Both the position numbers and the translations under genes were made by a program. From the NCBI GenBank assembly GCA_964304625.1, contig OZ199838.1:6180144-6244143 (forward strand): a stretch of DNA of 64,000 bases, in the 5' to 3' direction. Source of the DNA: Kudoa neothunni (Eukaryota; Animalia; Cnidaria). The notes under the pieces were generated by a model that made no database searches, was not told the DNA's origin, and was given only the letters and a program-made list of their open reading frames with translations. How positions within the stretch are numbered: position 1 is the stretch's first letter; every line of letters begins with the position of its first letter. Shown piece after piece: positions 53,401 to 64,000 of this stretch.

Positions 53401-55608
53401 GCTCACCTTCCTAATTTGTGTTTTTGTGTCGCTTTTGATATTCAAGTCGATGAACATCTATCCATTGGTTGGAAACAACTCAACGCACACCTTAATACTG
53501 TTTGTTCTATACGCGTAATTTCTGAAATTATGAATGTCAGTGAATATTTTACCCTTTACATTAAGATATGCGACGATCCCACAGGTTTATGTATTGTCTC
53601 TTTTAGCCAATTCGGCTAGTTCAGCTTATATCAATTTATGTGCTTACAGCATGATATTGAGTTGCTTTGGTAATGTCATACTGACCATATTTGAGACCGG
53701 CGGCAAAGTAGAGATAATATGAATGTTTACGATGCTGAGCATAACTTTAGCTAAGTTCAGAACAATTATCATTGGTTAATAATTGTTTGCTGGTGATTCC
53801 TCAGCACACTTTTGTCAACACAATCATGAAAATATTTAAAAACGACTTACTTATCCAAACCAATAAAATATATCGTAATAAAAAAGTTTTATCCTAGTTA
53901 TTTTTTATGCTAAATTTTTAGCTAATATAAAGATCAAAATTTATCAAAATTATGAATTTGCATTTACTGGAAAAACCTTGCTCTCATTTGCAGCTTTTGG
54001 AACTATTAGTATAATTGTTCTAATATTATCCGAAAGCGTTATTCACTGTATAAGAAGAATAAATAATGAAGAACCTAACAAGTTCTTATAAAATATCAGA
54101 CAAATTGACTTGGAATTTAGGCGAAACCAAATTTCGAATAATGATAATCATGATCGTTTCGATAATGATGTTAGAGAGGAGGCTTGTACAGTCAATGATA
54201 GATTATTCCAGGATTTCGCCTTTAAAATATGCGAGCTTACAAAAGTGTTTTATTGATCAAATACAAACTAAAAAAGATTAATATCTATCAAATATTGATA
54301 GGAATATTCTCGTTTGTGTAAAAAAGGGGTCGTAGCGGTTGACAGTGTATCGTTTCACGTAAAGAAAGGAGAAGTAATTTTACATTAACGCCAGTCTTTT
54401 TTAATTTATATATCATTCACTCTTTTTTGCAGTGTTTTGGTCTTTTAGGATCTAACGGAGCTGGAAAAACTACCATATTTAAAATTTACTCGAGATCGGT
54501 GCCGACTTTGGCTATATATCTTACGGACAAGAGTTCCAAGAAAATAAGTCCTTACATGTGTATATATTAACATTTTAAAGTGATCACCGCTTAGATTCAC
54601 TACTCCCTTTTCTTATTGTCCGCAATTCGATGCTTTGGACATGTTTCTCACACCCGTTGATCATATTAGATTGTTCTCTCGTTTGCAAGGATATTCTGGA
54701 TCATACATAAAGCTGGTATTCCAATATTCATTTCCTTTACGGCATTGATGATGGAAAAATTTTTATTTAGCTTTGTGATGAACTAATAAAAAAATACGAT
54801 CTGGAAAATTTTTCAAATAAAATTGTAAAAAAACTTAAGTTGCGGCAATAGAAGGAAGTTGACGGTTTTGTTGTGTGAGATTTCAAACCCTAAAATAATC
54901 TTATATGATGAACCCACTGCTGGAATGGACCCAACCGCCAGGAGGAAAGTTTGGAAAGCTATTAAGCAACTTATAAACCGTGAGAAAAAGCATTATTCTA
55001 ACCTCCCACAAGTAATTAATTTATTACTATCAATCGATTGATATTCTTGAAAAATAATTAACAATAACTCACATTATGCTCGGGTTTTAGTATGGACGAA
55101 TGCCAATTTTTATGCGATCGATTGGGCATATTGATAGAAGGCCAGTTTTGCCTGTTTGGGCTCTCCTCAACACTTGACAAACAAATTCGAATCTACGTAT
55201 GAAATAATTGTGAAGGTTCGAATTGGTGAAATCGATAACGTCCTGTCTTCGTTTTCCAGATTACTTCCTCAGGCATACTTAAAGGTACACAGGCTGTTAT
55301 GGAGACAATTTTCAGCTGACAATATTCCTACCAATATTGCATTTAATAAATATTTAATAGCTTTACTAAGTTTGTTGATCAATAACATTAATCGTATAGG
55401 ACACTCATATGGAAACGGTCTGTTTCAGAATTCCAATCCAACAATGTTCTGTCAGCCATGTATTTAAGTCGTTGGCGACAATAGCTCGAGAAGCTGAAAT
55501 TGAAAGTTTTTCTGTTAGTCAAAGCAAACTAGAACATGTAAGGAGAGATAAATCAAATTTTATTAATTGCTTCTTTAGGTCTTTGTACACCTTTCGGAAA
55601 ATCGTTAA
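41422..55608 (+). CDS. ABC transporter subfamily A, full transporter (TMD-NBD-TMD-NBD), many exons, three apparent +1 frameshifts
   Basis: N-terminal LILLWK...EIVLP and MEKE. NBD1 has [34 protein letters not shown] and [12 protein letters not shown]2 has [26 protein letters not shown] and [11 protein letters not shown]-terminal [11 protein letters not shown]. Confidence 0.9.
43118..43725. mobile_element. Tc1-type MITE in an ABCA intron
   Basis: TA|caatgggtgaccagtttttcgtact ... agtacgaatgtgtggtcgcctaatg|TA. Confidence 0.65.
45916..46806 (-). mobile_element. Internally deleted piggyBac in an ABCA intron
   Basis: TTAA-flanked, with ccttccatttaaaaatggggtagatatctaccc / gggggagatttctacaccattttacatggaggg. 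ORF 46236-46694 retains the Cys-rich C-terminus ([10 protein letters not shown]). Confidence 0.75.
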
Positions 55609-55749
55609 TCTTTGACAACATTAATAAAAAAATCACCTATATTCTATGGATTTGTTGTCCTTGTTTGTTCTATCCCTTACAATAAATTCTTTTGCAAACT
55701 CTAAACTTTAACATTCTATATAAAATTGTTAAGGATATATTCATATTAA

Positions 55750-56915
55750 TCCTCTAATGTATTAAAAATTGATTGCACTCCGATGAATTTTGGGGAGAAA
55801 ATTTACTCCAGGTTTTTATTTCTTCATTCGAACCACAAAAAATATTTGATGTCAGAAAATAAAAATTGGCAAAATCCCACGGCTAGATTCAACTGTAAAA
55901 CAACTAACATCCGAGTAGTAATCCTCATAATCCTACGAAAACTGTATTCGTTAAAATCTGCAATGACAATTTTTGATTAAAGCTTAATGATTGAGTAGAT
56001 CTCACAATTGTATCATGTAACAAATATTTTAATTATTATTTGCGCAACAGAATAGAACATTTAATGAGAATAAGATTCGCAAACACTCAGAATGAATTTT
56101 GCAAAAGTTTCATACATCGGAAACAAGCAGTAGTGGGTTTCTTATCAATTTTCCGTAAAAAAACATTCAAACCTTGAAAATATTGTTTATTTATTTGGTG
56201 TGTGCTGAGTTATAAAAGAATAAATAAGGACGAGCTCTTAGGATTTTGGGCTTCCCGGGTGTTTCTTTCCGTTAATGAAAAGATATAATAACTTTGCCTC
56301 ATTTTAAAAAATTTTCCCGTAACCATATTATCTCCAAAGTTTTTTGGTATATGGAAAACGCATTTATGAATAATAAATCCTTTAAATTGAAAAATAACAC
56401 CATAGGCCGTCATTATTGATTGTGGACTGACCCGAATTCTCATGGTTTTCAATCAAATCAGATTCTTACGACATAACAGTTGTGACGCATCCATAATAAT
56501 TTTAAAGGAATTTGATTCATCATTTCAATTACTATTAGTAAGATCCATCTCCATTACCGTTACGATAAAATTAAAATCAAAAGTCACGTGATCTCATGTA
56601 GAGGTAATAACAGTATAACTTCAAATTTATTCATCAGATAAACTTAAAATTTGATCTATATAATAATTATTATTTTATCTATCAAGCCATGTGAAAAAAA
56701 TCTGGGATAATTTTTGACCCAAAAATTCATTGGAGTGTAATCTTGTTATAATTTTTTTTGATTTTATATTTTTAGTCATAATATTTTAAAATCGTATATT
56801 ACTCACCTTTTTGAAAATCGGACAAAAATTTGTATCCTATGAAGAGCAAACAAATCACGTATACAACGAATAACTTATTGTTGGGGTAAAAATTTACCCC
56901 AAATTCATTGGAGGG
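55750..56915. mobile_element. piggyBac MITE
   Basis: TTAA|tcctctaatg...atgaattttggggagaaaatttactcca and tggggtaaaaatttaccccaaattcattggaggg|TTAA. Confidence 0.75.
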
Positions 56916-57040
56916 TTAAATTTAATTTCCCAAAATTCCTTAGAATACATCATTTGGAATACAATATGCTTATCAGACCTTTTAAATTTCATTATTTCTT
57001 TTATAAACATTAATTTTAATAATATACACCCTTAAATTGA

Positions 57041-57078
57041 TATATATATATATACATATATAATATATATATATATGA
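57041..57078. repeat. Imperfect (TA)n microsatellite
   Basis: Directly visible in the sequence. Confidence 0.8.
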
Positions 57079-57359
57079 GCAAACAATAATATTTTAAATT
57101 CAAAAAATATTAATTTGAGGTAGAATCTATACAAATTACTTTTATCACACATAAATCAATCAGTATTGAGTCTGAAATCCGAGGAACTTTATGTTTCTAA
57201 GAACAAACGCTTAAAACCAATTTGCTTCTGACTTAAATTCTAAATAAAAAACTTCAATTAACCGAAATTTCAACAATCGCAATTCGTAAAACCCTTTTGC
57301 TTGAATTTTTTGATAAAATTTTTTGGATGGTTTAGAGCGCTAATGCTCTTCTAAATTGA

Positions 57360-57866
57360 CAGACACATGTGATTCCCTTTTACCTTAATCCTAATTATAA
57401 AAAATTACAATTTTTAAAGTGGATTATCCAGAACGATGAAGTTCAAAATGATGCTATAAATATAGTCTCCACGATTTTAGATTTCTTTCAAAATTGAGCA
57501 TTTAAGTATTTAAATTAACGATGGCCTCTATAATTTGCATTCAAAATCAACCTAATCTTTGTTGAAAAAGAAAAATTCAAAGATACTATTCGTACTTTAT
57601 TGACAATGTCGAGCATCACATCAATGGAGGAAGAAATACAAAATTATTCAAACGAAAATGTTTCTATAATGTATGATGATCTTGAAATTTACTGCACTCA
57701 TTCTGGTCATTCCAATCCCAAGTACCTTGCAACGCGAATCTATTCTATTCCCACGAGTTCTGCGGAATGTGAAAGGCGCGCTACAATGATTAGATTAACA
57801 TTGCAAGCGGTCTCTCGTAATTTAGAGCTATGTCAACTTGAGAAGTTAATTTTCCTCAGAGGTTAA
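57360..57866 (+). pseudogene. hAT transposase C-terminal remnant
   Basis: YLNPNYKKLQFL and the hATC dimerisation motif LATRIYSIPTSSAECER. Confidence 0.7.
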
Positions 57867-58395
57867 AATTACTCTAAATCATCGTAATAGTTGATGAGCC
57901 AAAATAAATGTTTGAATGCGTTTTAATGGCGTGCACTCGCTAGTTTATATATCGGAATTTATAGGGTTGTATGGTGGAATCTTTTTTACTAGTAGGCTTG
58001 GAATTATGAGGCGCGAACAAATTTTATCGAACTATGTGCCACCCCGAATAAGTATTGTGGATCTTTTTGCCAATCCCCTAAAAAGATGCAAAATAACCAT
58101 TGATGACCGCAATTGAAATTTTAAAATTTGATTAATACACATATCAACAATAATACTAGATTCATATATCTAGATTTTAGATAATAATGAGTTTTGCTCA
58201 AAATTTAATTTACATGCCCCACAGAGAAAAATTCTAAGTTTCAAGTAAATTCAACAGCATGACCTGGATATAATGTTAATATGAGAGAGAGAATATTATA
58301 CTTTGGGGAAAGATAATGAGCGTTGACTTTGAAAACATGGCGAAAAAACAAAAATATGGCAATATAAAAATAACTACAATGACTAAAATTATTGG

Positions 58396-60019
58396 TTAAT
58401 CTGCCAATATCCTAATATATTTGAATGATCTTTGGTAACGGATGGTGAGGGCAATGTCAATGAAAACCATAACAATTGATAGAACAAACAAAGAAATAGT
58501 GGCTGAAGCGATGTAGATACTATTTCCGAATCCTATCTGTAATGGGATGTCACCCATGTAGTATTCAAGGTCGTAAAACACATTCACCACAAATACAGTG
58601 AAGGGAGCCAAATAAACGAAACCTATAATTACCATAACAAATACAAACATTTAAAAATTTAACGTTCACCTACCTGTTATTGATTGGTAACCAACAATGA
58701 GAGAGAGACTCACAAGCGTTTTCATGAAGCAGCTACTTGCCAACCCAATATACACGGGTATCGAGAGAGCCAGTAATATGCAGCATACAAGGTTACTAAT
58801 TTTTATCGACAACAACGAAGAAGAGGTATCATTATCTAAAGTAAAATAAAGATATTAGATACATGTTATGATGTTTTGAAGAATGCCAACCTGAGAAATG
58901 GTAATACACCTCCTTCAACGGGACAATCAACAATGAGTTATCTAAATAAAACAGCGCTAAAATAAATCAATAATTTTAAAAGTCGTACTGAGCATCAGCA
59001 ATTCAGATATAAGCAAAAGATCATCTTGATTTTTGATGTCTGGATTGTGTTCAAAAGCGTGCTGATGGAGAGTAAAATTGTTAAAAGATGTGGTTTGATT
59101 GGTGAGTTCATCAAGAAAATTGGTAACGTTGATTTTCTCATTCAACAACTCCGCATTTAGCATCAAATAGGATGTAGAAGAACTAATGGGAATTGTTAGG
59201 ATAAACTTTTCGATCTGCTTATTGATGTATTTTTTCAATTGTTTAGTTTTGGCTGATGGTTTCAGTGTAAGCGTTGAATTATCAAAATCTGGAGCCATTA
59301 AATATAGCTGCTGATGTGATGTAATAATTACCGCCAAAGTTGTTGTTATTATTATTGTTGTTGATGGTAGTTGTTTTATTACGATGGAAAATATGGGATT
59401 TTTCATGTTTAAATGATCCTATTTTATGTATATAGAAAACATACTCCGTCAACATAGTTCAGTATTTTATTACGTTGAAATTTGAAAAAATTCACTAGAA
59501 TTTAATTAAAATCACAACCAACTATAATTAAACCCCTACCAAAATAGTGAAATCGTCTTATTCGTTGTATCAACCAGTCCGGGTGATCTTAATAAATAAA
59601 TAAACATAAATACATTCACAAAATATGTCGTTTTAGATACGATGTCCAACACCATGAGTAAATGTGGTTTGTCTCATGTACATTATATGAGGAGAACAGA
59701 CGTATGTTTGATTTTTGTTATGCAAAACACAGCCAAAATAATGACCTGAACAGTAGGTTATATTCTCATGTTGGTTGTGCACTGTAATCCATTCATTCGA
59801 CAACTCAGATAAGATCACCAGCAATATGGAGACTATATTGATTATTATCATAAAAAACGCCAACCACCTTGGTCTTTTATATTTCTATAGAATAAAGTTA
59901 GATTTTTCAAGCTTAAAAGATTATTTTTGGTCTGTTGAAAAGTTAAAGTGACTTACGTTCAGCGGTTTATGATAGAAACTTTCGAAATCGGATCCATATC
60001 CCAAACTATTGAATCCCAT
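58396..60019 (-). CDS. Claudin/PMP22-superfamily tetraspan membrane protein with an expanded first extracellular loop (about 8 exons)
   Basis: TM1 followed by W..., SGHYFGC...YVC (variant of W-GLW-C-C), then TM2 and TM3, and FGNSIYIA before TM4. Exons join in phase through short GT-AG introns. Confidence 0.7.
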
Positions 60020-63000
60020 TTATAGTATCACTTTCGATAGATCTATTGTGCTCTTTGAATCTATGAAGTTCTTCAATTATACCCAACGCGCAAAGATTCA
60101 CCAAACGTACATGAGATGCACAAGTATAGCTAAAGCGAGGTTCAACTAAAGGCTTTGTGTAGCTTTTGTTTATGAGCGTGCCTAAGCTATCGTAATCATA
60201 ATTTATATTTTTGTCTTATTTCAATGTATAAGTATTCTGTATGTATTTTTTTTAATAATCTACTATCTTTCCTACAGTTGTAAGAATGTAACTATTAGTT
60301 TATTTGAGTCATTCTCGTTATTCATAATAATCCATGTAAAGGGCTCTAATTAGTTTAATCTGACACTTGTAACAAATCACACGTACTTTATCCAGTTGTT
60401 GTTGCGTTAATTTTTGATAAAAAATAAAAAATTTCAGTTATAATTTACTTAACTTAGTATCAAAGTAGACTTGATCTACGCGAGAAACAAAATATATGTT
60501 TGCTGTTAATTAACTGACTGGTAAACGTTTTATTACGTAATTATTTTTTTAATTAAATAAAAACCAATAAACATTGTCACAAAATTTATTTTCAAATAAT
60601 CCCGCTTAAAACATTACGATTAACGCTATCTGAAAAATTAGCATATGTTTAGAATCTAATATAGCGCATCCCAAACATCACCAACTATAAAATAATGTGC
60701 TAATATTAGTTCGTATTCATATATATTTCGATAGTAACTCCAGTATACATTGAAATATCTCTAAACAAAGATTTATGTGTTGTATCGTGATACTTCTATA
60801 TTTCATATAGTACTGAAGTATTTTATTATTTCAATGAGCGAACGGATGAAATATATATAGGAGTGGACGTATTGAATGGCCATTCAACTTTAAACAGTAA
60901 AAATCTTGTAATTTTCAAAAAACAAAACTGTTTTTGTAGGACGTTAACAACACAATATCTAAGTAATGTATAGGTGATAAGATCTATGTCGGTAAACAAA
61001 TAAATCAGTAACTGGTTAATTACATTAACATCTTTAAATTTAGGTTTGAATGAAAGCAACAAACAAAACGTGTAAATGATGGGTTAAATATTAGTAAACA
61101 TCGAATTTAAAATCAAGAAGTTGAATTCTGACTTGCAAAAATATTTTTTTAATTAACCTCCCGACTGTCTCGAAATCGACTATACACTTGGTGTCTTTAG
61201 GGTCAAATTGACCCTTGAAATGCTCGTAAGGTTAAACAGCGGTGCACAATCTCTATGAGCTCGGACCAACAAGATAACGTTTTAAATAACATATTTATAG
61301 AATAAGCGGAGTAATGGCACTGATCTCCTATTATTCAGTGTTAGTTTGGGGTCACAACATTGCCAGGTTTGGGGATTGGGCTTGGGTGCATTCCTCCTTT
61401 GAGATAAAGATAATTATTTATCTCGCTAATTGTAATTCTTAAAAATAGGATGCTTTCAAACAATTGTTTTTATTCGTTTTATGGGTTTATTGATAAAATG
61501 AATATATTTTTGAATGATTTTGAGAAATTGGTCTTTACAAAATACCTCCAATCCCGAGCGAAGATGGCCAGTTCGTTTGCGCTGGTTACATGATTAATCC
61601 AGCGTTCCTCTCTCTCTATATTTAACTTAAGATTGTTTAAATAACTAATATTAAAATTTTTTGAGATCTTATAATTATTCTAATTCATTTACAAGATATT
61701 TAATGGAATCCTTACGTAATTAACATTAAAAAGATGGACATGCACACAGCCTTGCAACGGTGCCGATAAGTGCTAAAAGTTATCGTACTCAAAAGCGCTT
61801 GGAACAAAGTGTTATAGTGATAACAGTATTAGTTATGCCAAACATTTTTTTAATACATAATCAAGTTTTACAGTATCTAAGTTTTCAAATAACTGAATCA
61901 ACATTAAAATTTCCCAAAATTCTCCAGCCTATTAGTATTTAACATTTAAAATGATTTCGGAGTCTATCTAACATTTTTATATTGAATCAGATTAAACACA
62001 AAACTAAAACGTATGCAATGGCTGGGAATGTTTACCAAAACGTGACCCACAGTATTTAAAAAATCACGTGTATTGCTCGGATTTTCATTAAAAACACAAT
62101 TCACGTATTATTCAAGATTAGATTTAATATGACCGAATCAGCAGTGGTTCGTCTGACAGAGAAATAAATAATTTGTGTTAGAACGGATTAGAAAATTTAG
62201 CTAATGCGCCTGCTCAACATCGACAGATTTACCAACTACAGCATGGTTGGATTTAATTTTTCCGGTCAAATTCCCAAATTCACCAGACATTTCAATAAGG
62301 CAACATTAATTATTCCATCCAAATAATTTGAAATTTTATTTTTTAGAGTGCTAGATATACATCTAATCTTAACAACTTGCATTTTAAAGCCTGTCGAAGT
62401 GGCTCCACTTTCTTCAAATTTAAAAAGTGCTTCCTCATATTATAATATATGAATTAACGCATTTATAGAAATATTGTTTCTTTCAACAAAAATGACACTT
62501 CTTCTCCTTTGATTGGTGTAAATATTTTGAATAATGTTATGAATGGGCATTATGTCGTTGGAATATCTGGCATGTATGAGCTTTCTTCTGACGATTCCGC
62601 CAACAGCAAAGATGCGGTTTCAACGCTTGCTCTACTGTGTTGGTTGAAGCAGATAATGGCGCCATCTTCTATTCATCTTTAATTTCTTTTATTGTCTTTG
62701 CCTTTCTTAGGTGTTGTGATTTTAAGTTGCATTCTTCTATTATATTCATTGCATCAAAGTTTTTTTAATTTTTGCTTAGATTTGAGTAATGGTAATTTGA
62801 GATATTGTCGGTTTTATTAAATTCTGTCGAATTATTACAACCATGAGGTTTTAGGCACATAGCTGAGTTGTGTTACTGAGCGAAGGTTGTTTTGATTTTA
62901 CGGAATTTACTTTCGTTACTAATGGTTTTTATGTATCCTATCGGAGATCTTTTCCCAGCTTGGAAGGATATTAGTTAATTGAGTTGTTGTGATTTCAGTC

Positions 63001-64000
63001 ATTATACAATTGAATCGCGTTGAAATTGTTTTCGCGCTCAATAAATTTTACAATTAACATTTATTTTAACTATTCAACGGATAAACTTTTAAATTTTAAC
63101 AAAGGTTTTATCTTTATTATCTAACTGATTTCACCTTTTTTCTGCAGCGTGAACATTTGAGGTTGGAATAAACAAAAATTCGGCCATAATAATATCAATT
63201 ATGATATTTTATTCATCTATGTGTTTTTTCATTAAGAAATACATTAAAATAATTTTTATTTAGCAAAAAACAACATGCCGTGCATCTTTTACACGCGGAC
63301 TGTGATTTTCATTAGAAACTACAATAGCTCCCTTCCACCGATACAATCTCTGAAAACTACTGACCTAATCCTATCATGTAGATTCGTCTAGGTCATAAAA
63401 TTAATTGTTTATTTTGAGGTTCACTTTTAATTGTCTACATTTTAGATTTATTTAATGAAGATTTACGTAACAATTGTTAAAGGCCGTTTCTTTTGAACAT
63501 ATATGCAGAAATAGTGATAATTTCAGAGGTTTATTCTAGTAACATAGATAATGCGGCATTCTAGCAATTTCTATCCATCTTATTATTCAAATAGACTTCG
63601 TAATATCTACAATATTCGTAAAAAATTTAAAGATAACTAAAAGAGGGTTTGATTTACTTAGTATCAATAAAGTCAGATGCGGATTAAAGAAAAAAGTGAC
63701 TTAATCCGGACATCCATAAAACCTATCGATCTTATTAAATTACTCTTCACCCTTAATAGTATCTGTTAATACAAGAAAATAAAAATTCTCGGCTCTTTTT
63801 AATCAGTATATCGAATTCTATATTTAGAGTAATAAAAGTGAAATGAGAATAGAAAATTTGCTATTAAGTCATGTTGATTGTAATAATTTGAACGTCAACA
63901 AAATTGTTGACCCTCGGAATATCACTCTCTGTATATGACAACCATTACCGCAAAAATTTATTCATTTTAAAATGTCTAGAAACAAAAATAAATATCTATC

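Noticed and set aside
61300-63050. Decayed gag-like retroelement or gene
   Set aside because: There are GC-richer patches and a few Cys/His residues, but no diagnostic motif, LTR pair or open frame.

Overview
This is an AT-rich eukaryotic window, with mostly very short (about 30-60 nt) GT-AG introns and highly divergent animal-type proteins. That pattern suggests a compact, fast-evolving metazoan such as a myxozoan-, orthonectid- or dicyemid-like parasite; the taxon is an inference. Host genes are HIP1/Sla2 (9649-20144 +), mitochondrial ribosomal S16 (24803-25224 +), clathrin light chain (25423-26180 +), eIF2B-gamma (37559-39407 +), a full-size ABCA transporter (41422-55608 +, three apparent homopolymer frameshifts) and a claudin/PMP22-type tetraspan with a very large first loop (58396-60019 -). 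The rest is dense, nested transposon DNA: four transposase-bearing piggyBacs plus several piggyBac MITEs, an internally deleted Ty1/copia with LTR, PBS and TSD, an intact DD34E Tc1/IS630-like element, Merlin and hAT remnants, hAT/pogo/Tc1 MITEs and a tRNA-derived SINE-like repeat. The main candidate novelty is a ~310-nt structured non-coding segment (36575-36885, minus strand). It has telomerase-RNA-like architecture: template CCUAACCCCUAAC (implying TTAGGGG repeats), a P1-enclosed core with a long hairpin and possible pseudoknot, and an H/ACA-like 3' domain. It lies in an unusually long, TE-free putative intron of a transcript divergent from eIF2B-gamma. This is a hypothesis from manual folding and needs testing.
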